From the NCBI GenBank assembly GCA_046563655.1, contig CM102286.1, positions 6,448,001 through 6,512,000 of the forward strand: a DNA stretch of 64,000 bases. The letters run 5' to 3'. Both the position numbers and the translations under genes were made by a program. Shown here in pieces: positions 54,250 through 64,000 of the stretch. The number at the start of each line of letters is the position of its first letter. The stretch's first letter is position 1. The stretch is from Yuukianura sp. NJ FZ-2021 (Eukaryota). Below the pieces are notes generated by a model. That model was not told where the DNA came from and made no database searches. It saw only the letters and a program-made list of their open reading frames with translations.

Positions 54250-54960
54250 ATCTGACCTTTGACCTTTGACCCAGCGCAGTGACCTCATGTGAAACCAAAG
54301 GAAACATAGGCATTTGGTATATCAATCGAAAGGGTAGGTCAAATGGAGTCGATTGACGTATCACATGATGACCTATGACTTTTAACCTTTGACCTAGCGC
54401 AGTGACCTCATGCGAAATCAAAGGAAACGTAGGCAAATAGTATATCAATCGAAAGGGTAGGTCAAATGGGAGTCGATTGACGTATCACATGATGACGTCT
54501 GACCTTTGACCTTTGACCTAGCGCAGTGACCTCATGCGAAATCAAAGGAAACATAGGCAAGTAGCATATCAATCGAAAGGGTAGGTCAAATGGAGTCGAT
54601 TGACGTATAACAAGATGCCTATCACCTTTAACCTTTGACCCAGCGCAGTGACCTCATGCGAAATCACAGGAAATATAGACATGTAGTATATCAATTGAGA
54701 GGGGAGGTCAGGTGGTTGTGATTGACGTATAACATGACAGATCACCTTTGACCTTTGACTCAGCGCAGTGACCTCATGCGAAATCATAGGAAACATAGCA
54801 TGTCGTGTGTTAATCGAAATGGTCAGTCATTTCAGCTGATAACAGCTGAACACAGGCAAGTGACATGTGATTCGAAAGCAGAGGCCTAATTCAGTCAATT
54901 GATATATAACATATTGACCTGTGACCTTTGACCCTTGACCCAGAGCGGTGACCTCACATA
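54250..54960. repeat. ~122-bp tandem repeat, five copies plus a diverged sixth
   Basis: Anchor GCGCAGTGACCTCA at 54274, 54397, 54521, 54643 and 54763, with a variant at 54943. Confidence 0.92.
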
Positions 54961-54989
54961 GAATTAAACTTCCCATATGCATCTCTACT

Positions 54990-56000
54990 AATTGGTAGCG
55001 GGTCCCCCAAACTGGTAGCGATTGCTTTAGATGGGCAGCGGGTTCCCGAATTTGGTAGCAGGTCCCCAAATTGCAGTGTTGCTGGATATCCACTTTCTTG
55101 ACATTTCATCCACGGCTGGATATCCAATGGAAGAAATGGACGAAATGGATGAATCCAAAAAGGTGGAGCTAGACCCAAAAGTATGGAGTTACACCAGCGG
55201 TTTTTGAATTGTTTTAAACTTAACGAATAGAATAAATTCAAATAAGCGCCGAAAAAACGGAAAATTGTGTTAAAATATATCTAAATTAGTGTAATTAAAT
55301 AATTGATATTTAATTACATTATTTTATAATTTATAAAGTAAATTTATTTGAAATTTGCGCATATTTTCTAAACTCAGCTCATTTTTTCCATCCACCGTCC
55401 AGTAGAACCCCATCTCATCCACTGGATATCCTGTGGAAAGGACAATTAAGCCACTGGATGTTTAAGCATCCAGCAACACGCGGGTTCCCCAAATTGGCAT
55501 ACGGGTTCCCGTATTTGGTAGCGGGTTCCCAAAATTGGTAGAGGATTCCACAAAGTGGTACAGGGTTCCTTAGATTTACAGCGGGTTTTCGAATTTGGAA
55601 GCGGGTCCCCCAAATTGGTAGCAGGTTCCTCAGATTGACAGCGGGTTCCCGAATGTGGTAGAGGTTCCCCCAAATTTGTAGCGGGTTCCTCAGATAAAAT
55701 CGGTAGACGGTTTCCAAAATTGGTAGCGGGTTCCTCAGATTGGTAGCGGGTTGCTCTGATTGGCAGCGGGTTCCCTAAGTTGGAAGCGGGTCCCCCAAGT
55801 TGGTAGCGAGTTACCGAATGTGGTAGTCGGTCCCCCAAATTTGTAGCGGGTTACCCAATGTGATAGCGGGTCCCCCAAATTTGTAGCGGGTTACTGAATA
55901 TGGTAGCGGGTCCCCCAAGTTGGTAGCGGGTTATCCAATGTGGTAGCGGGTCCCCCAAATTTGTAGCGGGTTCCCGTACTTGGTAGCGGCTTCCCAAAAT
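54990..56000. repeat. ~20-bp minisatellite (approx. TGGTAGCGGGTCCCCCAAAT), interrupted by a MITE at 55074-55480
   Basis: Many visible degenerate copies on both sides of the insertion. Confidence 0.9.
55074..55480. mobile_element. hAT-like MITE (ends CAGTGTTGCTGGAT / ATCCAGCAACAC)
   Basis: Terminal inverted repeats, GGAT/ATCC subterminal motifs and an AT-rich core; same family as 16160-16377. TSD not resolvable inside the minisatellite. Confidence 0.75.
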
Positions 56001-58135
56001 TCATACGCTTTCCCTGTGTGTTCGCATACACTACCCCAAGAACTAGCCCCGCTTTGACAAGCGGGCTTCTCAACCTTGTCTAGCAATAAAAAAATCCAAA
56101 AGTTCCTAATTTACGGCAGACAAAAAAAGCAGACACGGTTTTTATGAAGCAGAAAAAAATTACAAATTTTCCAAATTAGCAACTAACTCGACACTGAAAG
56201 TACGAACAAAAAAAAATCATGTTTTAGAAGAAAAAAATTTTGTTTAAAAAAAAAGTTCGTGTTTTAGGGGAAAAAATCGTGTTTTAGAGAAAAAAAAAGA
56301 TTTCATGTTTAAGAGCAACAAGAATTCGTTGCAAAAACTGCCTCAATTAATTTTGATTTCAGCGTGCAAAAAGTGATTAACAACTTGCTTTTCTCGGTGC
56401 TTCAACAACTCGAAAGGAGTCAAGATATTTGCAATCTGCAAACCATTAATTAAAGCCAGTTTATAACATATTTTCCCTGCCACTGACATTTGTCTATACC
56501 CAAAACTTAACAGTTTTGTTATGACCAGTAATCATAAAAGAAAAGTTAGGCTGCTACGGACATACTAACATTAGCATTACGTAAAACAAGAATAATGGAA
56601 CGCAGGGTCCTAATAATTTTTCCCTTAGAGCATGACGTGAATTGCAATTTTTTTTCTACTTTTTCAGCATTGTTAAAATTTTTGCACAAAATCCAAGGTC
56701 AAAACCTGTCAAGTTTAACTACATGCAGAATCTCCTGGCTCCAATTTTCCATTGTTATTATCCAATACAAAAGTAGGTACACCTCTTCACACAGTCGCAT
56801 CACCACCAAAATTATACCTTACTGCACGATTTCTGTTGTTAAGAAGATTAAGTGTTGAGGATAATTTGACTCATCTTTCATCTTCTTCACAAAGTATCAA
56901 ATCTTGCTTTTCGTCAACTTAACTTTTACTAACCAATTTTTACATTCAGACAATCGTGCATACCAAAAACTTGATAATTCCAAATTTCTAGGGATGTGGG
57001 ATACTTCGCCTCATCAACATCATAAAAAGTGATCATGACCGACTTGTTTAAGGAGGTAACCGAACAAAAAAAGTTGATTTTTGGAATGCAAAAGTGGGTA
57101 GCATCTTGTTCTGTCAATGTTCATGAATTTTGAATACATGAACGCATGAATTCATAAAATAATCAACTAAAAATGTTCATTATAAATTATAAATTGATAT
57201 ACAATGAAGAGTTATGTAACAGTTAAGGTCAAAAACTTGATTCTTTCAATACAGAAGTTACGAACTGTTCATCAGATCAATCCAATGGGTTGGACAATTG
57301 GAAAATTATGAACAGCGGAGGTCTCCTCAGCAATCCTAAAGTCTTCTTTAAATCATTATTGCAAAATCCAAGACAAATCCGATAAGAAATTGAACAAGTT
57401 GTCATAAATTATTATGCTACATCGTGGTTCTGGGAAAATGGCCTCCATCAGTTATACCATTAGTTGTGTAGACCAATCACTAATTCCAATCTCAAATTAG
57501 TAGCATTGGCTGTATAATGATTTATGAGGATGGTAGGAAGAGCAGACAAGAGGGAAGGACTCAATAATTATTCCTAAAGGTGTTATTTATTACACAAGTT
57601 ACCCTTCATCATATTTAAAAGTCAACTTTAACTTTAATGGTAGTTAAGAAAAATGACTTGACTTAACTCAAAAACGATTTGATCGCTTACTTAAGGACGG
57701 CGAGGTTCAAACAAACCCATGGCAATCCTGTGCTAATTGGAATCAAAATCCATCTTAGATACTTCAATTCAAGCAGTTTTCAAGAACAATATTAAGTATG
57801 CAAAGCACAATTTGATCAAAATTATGCACTGCAAAATTGTAATTACTCAATTCTAACGTAAATTGTTAGTTTGTGTACACATTTCCCTTCAAGAAAAACA
57901 ATTAAAACCAAAATTATGGAACAGTTCCAAAAATCTCTCCTACGCCAAAAACTAATATTTTATTTCAAAAACACAAAAGAATTTAAAATTATATTCTGTA
58001 CAAAGCCGAAGACGTACAACAGAGTTGCATTGTACGAGTGAGCACCAAAAAATTTCTGTCCCACCCACATTTTGCAAAGCTTACTTCCAATTTCTACTTT
58101 GAGATATTCAACTTTCGAAATTTCAACTTTCTGTA

Positions 58136-58773
58136 TTATTAAGTAACGTAAGTTACTTTATGGTTTGACCTTGTCTGTCTGTCTGTCTGTCTGGCCGGCC
58201 GTCCGTCCGTCGACGGCGATTATCTCGGAAACCGCTCAACATTTCCGGGATCTGTTTTCACCGGTGGACACCTAGTGACCCGGTGATGTTCACTATTGAA
58301 TATCATCCCTGTGGGTCAACTCCTTCTGGGTCAAAGGTCAAGGTCAACCGTTTTCATCCCTGGTAACTTGGAAAATGACCTTTACAAAAGTTGTTCGTCT
58401 CATCGAGACCAGCAACTTTTGTGTACATCACATGACCCGAAGTGACCTCCTTCCGGGTCAAAGGTCAACTTTTCGCAGTTTAACGTCCTTCTAAGGGGAA
58501 GTGGGGGAACCCATCCCCACTGCTTCTAGGGCGGAGATGCAGGAAAATGGGGGGATCCGTCCTCATTCCCCCTGGCGGGGGACAGGAATGTGGGGTGGGC
58601 CGCTCCCTCTTCCCCTGGGAGCGGGGAAAATGGGGGAACACACCCCCACTTCCCATAGGTTGTACCCTTCCTGCTCAACTACGTGACAACTTTTCCCACT
58701 CACATTTAGACAGATCAGGTCAAAGGTCAATCGCTTACGTTACTTTCGTACACCGGTTCGCAACCGTTTATTT
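58136..58773 (+). mobile_element. DINE-1/HINE-like non-autonomous Helentron derivative
   Basis: 12-bp subterminal IR AAGTAACGTAAG (58141) / CTTACGTTACTT (58734), partial 5' palindrome, (GTCY)n microsatellite, 3' stem-loop CGGTT-cgc-AACCG (58754-58766), T-rich flanks. Confidence 0.88.
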
Positions 58774-60155
58774 TATATCATTATATAACTCTTTTATACA
58801 ATATTTTGCTAACCATGTTCGTCGTTATTGAGGAACTTTAGCTTCAATCTCACAATAAATTTCTCAACCAAAACTTGTGACAGTTTTACTTTGTGTAACC
58901 AAGCACCCAAGCTGCACCTTAAACTGCCCACCTCAGCCTCCAATTCCAAACATCACTCTACCTATTATGTAATTGTAAACGTAAATTTGCGAAAAACCGC
59001 ATTTTCTTGTTCGGCAACTCTACGTATATTCCACACCTGATTCAGCTTTTGTGCAAAAACTAAACGACGCACCTCGCAGACCCTCTGGCTACGGCTTTTG
59101 CCACTCCTTAATTCCACAGATCAGAATTCATTAATTAGTTTTATCAGTTACAACTTTCGTACTCAAAATTCATGAATATCAAATGTAATAAAACTCAATT
59201 GGAAAGAAAAGTAGACCAAAACAGTGAAAATCAGAACTCAATTGCACCAAACCTGAATTCAAATAAATTACTTTTAGGAAATGTACCAAACATTGATAGA
59301 GGAAGACATTTACCGCTACATAGCGATTTGTTTAGTACAAATCAAAGTCCGAAAATGGCAAGCAAAGTTACGGTGTCAGACTGACTGTCATTTAATAAAT
59401 TGGATCTTTGGTCAAACACAAACAACAAGAACCGTTCATCGAACTCCCATTTTTAAACTAATTCGAATTCTTCAATGCCACTTCATCTTTTTTAACAAAC
59501 GAAATAAAATAACTGTAATTTCGAACAGATTACGACGACAAGCCAGCACACAAATCACACACATTCTGACAAAAAAAAATATTCCAATTTCTCCAGAACA
59601 TTGCTAATATCCCAAAATATTCCAAACTTAAACTCAGATATTCCCAACATCGTCATAACTTTAAAACTTAAAAAAACTGGCATGTGAGTCACCCTTTCTC
59701 AACGTCAGAGGATTGATGGTTAAAAAAACATACAAAAACTTTACTTTTGTAATTTGACACGAACACGACCCGCTTTTTTTGTTCATCGTTTCATAAGAAA
59801 AATATTCAAAGTTATTTTAGTTCCCTCAAAAGCTAACCAACTCCGCGTTCCCCCAGCCTTATGAAAGCGACAGAAGCATAATAACTGAACAACTTAAGTT
59901 GTTGAGTTCTTAAAACGAAAAATGATGGATTGCTTCTACTTTAATTTCGCGGCTGTCTTGCCTTCTAAAGCCACAAGTTTAAAGACGCCGAAAATAGGAA
60001 CTTCAGGAACATCAAAAGCGTTTTCTCAAGAGAGATGATGAAGTTGCATAACATATTACCTTTTTGGCAGTAACGGGAAAGTGGTTACGGTAACCGGTAA
60101 CTCCGACACTGAATGTTACTAAAGATAACTAATCCAATTTAGAAAGTAACGAGTA

Positions 60156-61178
60156 CTGTTCAGATCAAAAAAGAAACCGCAAAAACACCTGCAATCTGTC
60201 ATGTGCTTTTTTCCCATTAGGAACAAAGAGACAAAAAAAACTACTCATTTCTCCATTCCTTTCCTGCTAAAGGAGGGAAGTTCTTTTGTGACAGGTGTTT
60301 TTTCCAAAAAGAGACGAAGATTAGAGATTGCGCCGCAAGTCAATGCTCCGCCAAAAATAATTACAAAAATTATAAATACAATAAAAAATTATAAATAAAA
60401 TAAGATTAAGAATATCCTTACATTATTCAATTCGTCCACTAGGCATAACATTTTGAAACACTTCATAATATTATTTCCATAATTTTCACCATTTCCGTCT
60501 AAGCTTAGTTGCTGTAATCATAAGTCTTATATTATCACTTCCCTTTTCTTTGCAAAAAGTACATGTTTTCAAGTTTTTATCGTATTTTTTGTTTTGATTA
60601 CTTTTGTTTTGATTTGTCGTGTTCATGAACTTGAAAGTGAGATTGAAACTTAAAACTCTCCCGCTTCTCACTTTCAAGTTCATGAACACAAAATAAGAAT
60701 CGCGCACAGAAGCAGAGTACCGTAAATGCTCTAATGTTGTCTCTAATAATAAGTTTTTTCATTTTCATTTATTCTCCTGTTTCTGGCAGGCTTTTCAGAA
60801 TAAGTATTAATGATAGTTTTATAGCTTGTAATTAATATTAGCCAATATGTTTAGCGTAAATGTATCAGTTGTATTTTAAAGAAAGGTGCGTATATTAATA
60901 GTTACTAGGATTATTGTTTTTCAACTTTTAAATTATATATTCTTACTCTTATTTTATTTATAATTTTTGTAATTATTTTGGGGCGGAGCATTGACTTGCG
61001 GCGCAATCTCTAATCTTCGTCTCTTTTTGGAAAAAACACCTGTCACAAAAGAACTTCCCTCCTTTAGCAGGAAAGGAATGGAGAAATGAGTAGCTTTTTT
61101 TGTCTCTTTGTTCCTTATGGGAAAAAAGCACATGACAGATTGCAGGTGTTTTTGCGGTTTCTTTTTTGATCTGAACAG
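60156..61178. mobile_element. Long-TIR (foldback-like) non-autonomous element with TA flanks
   Basis: 60156-~60415 and ~60937-61178 are near-perfect reverse complements (CTGTTCAGATCAAAAAAGAAACCGC...); TA on both sides; no coding capacity. Confidence 0.9.
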
Positions 61179-61435
61179 TATATCCGTATTCTATTGTTTC
61201 CGCCTGACAGAAACAAATGGACTTCGAATGTTCGAAATCTCCTACTCGAAGTTTTTCGGACCACGAAACATCTTTGGCGTCAATTTACAAATCAAACGTC
61301 ACTTCTATCCATATGCTTCGACTAGATCGGCCAAATTATTTGGAATTTGAAACCAGCAAAAGCAATGTTCGAAAAACACACTCTGTGTTTCTATTTTAAA
61401 GAGCAAAGCAAAAATAAGAATCAAGTGGTACTTAC

Positions 61436-61471
61436 CAGTTCGTTGTTATTGAAGTAGCTTGGTTCCTTCAT
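61436..61471 (-). CDS. ASPP: ASPP first coding exon, distal isoform (MKEPSYFNNNEL); whole exon 61436-61508 including 5'UTR
   Basis: Acceptor ttttttttgtag| at 61509-61510, in-frame TAG before the ATG, and a strong phase-0 donor CTG|gtaagt matching the phase-0 acceptor at 11308. The MKEP start resembles my recollection of the Drosophila ASPP N-terminus (not verified). Confidence 0.75.
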
Positions 61472-64000
61472 TCCATTCTATGAGTACAGGGGCCACGGAC
61501 TGAACAAACTACAAAAAAAAAATATAAAAGGTAAAAGCAACTTGATTAATGCAGGGTCACACTTCGTGCTTTCCAAGCGCATGCATGCAAAATCAATGTA
61601 CTTTTAAAAAAATTTCAAACAATTCACGTTCAATTCTTAACTACACAAATCACACTCTTGTCGTCACATAAAAATTAACACACATGCACATACGTACAGC
61701 ACAATTAAAAAGTATCAGAGCGCGTTTACCTACTTTTCAAAACCTTTAACTGACGTACATTACCGCCTACAGTCTGCCTGAAATTTCACCCGAATAACCG
61801 TCTGCTACTACATTTTCCATTTTCTAAAAAACTTGTATCCACTCATGCTTGTAACAATTAAATTTTACACGTTTGAAAACAATAATTCTCAAGTTGCGGT
61901 GTCATTAATCACCTCAATTTTCAAAAAAAAGTGTAAAGAATTAAAGTCGTTTGACACGTGAAAAATTATTTATGAATTCGCAGCACTAGTAAACTGAGCA
62001 CATTTTCATTTAGTAAAAGTCGTGTACGTGAGAAGACTGACGTTGCTTTGCCTAATACTAAACAATATGCTAAAAACCTGATGCAGCAGCAGTACGAACG
62101 ACCGGGAACTACTAATACCAAACTGGCACAATAAAATTATGCGCTGAAGTAGTTCTGCTGGGGCTTCGTAAAGATTAACATAAATGGCTGGATAAAATAG
62201 TAATTTTGCTGACGGTGAAGATGCTTTTTTGTGCTTCCCATCATAACACAAGTAACCATTATAATAAAACCATTCTAAAATTCATTTCTCTACAGTCAGC
62301 GCAACACGGTACGCGTCAAACGATTTCCGACTAAACACTTCTCTTGAATCCGTAATTCCCTAACCCTTATTAGCCAATCCGGAGAGCCGTACAAACATAA
62401 AAATCTCAAACAAAAAAATTCAGCTTCATCGCTTATTGTCGCCAGTAATAAAATCATAACTTACGCAAAAATCACGTACATGTAACATTCTTAATAGTAC
62501 TTTGTACTCGTGCATACGAGAAACGAGAAAAGTGTAAACAAGAGTCAGAAAAGTTCAAATGATGACGGAAAATTAAGTCACACTAACATTAAGTAGAGAT
62601 TTACAAAATCTTGCGAAAATATTTATGTAATATTGAATATATTAATGCAAAATGTAAGATCAAATATTTTCCTTGGTCACGGTAGCAGTGAACGCCAAAA
62701 TCTCTGATTTTGATTTACGGAAATTGAATTTGTGCGATTAAATTGTCAAATTTATGATAGAATCGAGGAAAACCTAGACAAAAAAGATCAAAGTGAATTG
62801 AATCATCTTCAGCTTCACTAACAGAGCACACCCTCATCACCATAATCTTTTTCCCTTTAACTTTTCAATGTGTCCCATGTCACTCCTTTTGTTAACCAAA
62901 AGAACTTGACAAATGGGGTTTTTACAAATTTACAACAATTGAAGTGGAATCAACTGAAATATTGTACATCATTCAGAGTTCGTTTAGTCTTAAATGAAGA
63001 TGAATTTTCTAAGCTATTAGACACATCCAAATCCCTTCACTCAATAGAAAAGGCACACAAAGTATTGAGGTTAAGCTGAAATGTAACGTTTTTAAATAAT
63101 GCGGCAGTCATTTTTTGGCCTCTCGGAAGTAAAATGCTGACATGAAGTGATAAGGAATGAGGAAGAGCAGGACATGGCCATTATGCATCAAATTCAATTT
63201 GAATCATAACAGCAGCAATGTTGTACAAAGTGAAAGTCAAAGTGTGAGAACCTTTCACTTTCACTTCACCCCAGCTTAAACCTAACCTAGTCTAACTTCC
63301 ATATGCTGAACATGCTCAAAAATCCTGTGGGGGTTCCATTCTTGAACGAAATATTGAATTATCTGTTCAAACATGACTTTTTTTTTCGAAACCTCCGCAA
63401 TAAATTTCCTTCATGAAAGGGAAAAATTGAATTTAGATTAGGTTTGACATTCTTTGCGGATTTCCGAGCAACCGAACTGCTTTTTTACTACTACTGAAGA
63501 GCTTCCCTTCGACACTTGAACTGCTTCTTATGAGTTAGACTCGTGCGGCGCTACAAGACAAGCTGACAACGACAGCTAACCAACCACAAAAAAGTTAAAT
63601 CTCAGATTGAACTGAACTGGCAGCACCAAGGACTTTGGAAGTAACTAACGTAAATGGCTTCCAGCATACATTTCCTTACATACTTGCGAGTCATGGGCAG
63701 TTTTTTGGAAGAAGCTGGCATGTTAGTCATTCTTGCTTCAGATGGATAAGGAAAAAAACTGAACAAAAGAAATAGATTTTGGTGTGTGATCAAAAACAGC
63801 TTCATCCCATCAGCCTGCTGAAAGAGTTGCAATTTAGAAAAGATTTTTTAAACCCAGATCTCGTGCCTTTCCAGCATCAACAAATTCTTCTGTCTACAGA
63901 TGATGGAAACCTACAAGTACTTGGACAAGTACTGTCGTTGGGTGCTTCAACCCTGGGGCTATTTACGCTGAAATATGATTTGAACTCATGCACTTCAACC

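Larger units (their letters stand above)
54109..56083 (+). mobile_element. Non-autonomous Helitron with internal tandem arrays
   Basis: 5' A|TCTCTATATATAAAA, then a (TCTG)-type tract and CCGAAACTACTGGACCGATTT typical of insect Helitrons; 3' hairpin CCCGCTT-tgac-AAGCGGG (56048-56065) followed by CTTG/CTAG; no TSD. The 3' end is uncertain by about 5 bp. Confidence 0.8.

Noticed and set aside
54990..56000. Repeat array superficially like CRISPR
   Set aside because: Head-to-tail degenerate units without unique spacers, eukaryotic context and no cas genes.
54170..56073. Several repetitive ORFs of 60-130 aa
   Set aside because: Produced by stop-poor tandem repeats inside the Helitron; no sign of coding function.
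60066..60153. GTAAC/GTTAC-rich segment with a CCGACACTG end, like a hAT MITE terminus
   Set aside because: Only one end is visible, with no partner TIR or TSD.

Overview
AT-rich eukaryotic (arthropod, probably hexapod) genomic DNA. Almost the whole window is the 5' half of one large minus-strand gene encoding an ASPP-family protein (apoptosis-stimulating protein of p53). Seven phase-consistent coding exons run from a 12-codon start exon at 61436-61471, across a ~50 kb intron, to exon 142-373; the ankyrin/SH3 part must lie left of the window. The large intron holds a second in-frame first exon (34178-34483), a nested antisense 3-exon orphan gene (17595-18466) and a candidate recursive splice site (13617-13624). 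It also holds an apparently intact autonomous hAT transposon (45671-48364), a non-autonomous Helitron and a DINE-1/HINE-like element that both carry DR1-type nuclear-receptor motifs, a long-TIR foldback element, nested MITEs and at least 15 exact copies of AAGTGAAAGT. No rRNA, tRNA or CRISPR features were seen. All models were built by hand from splice signals and reading phase; no database search was possible.
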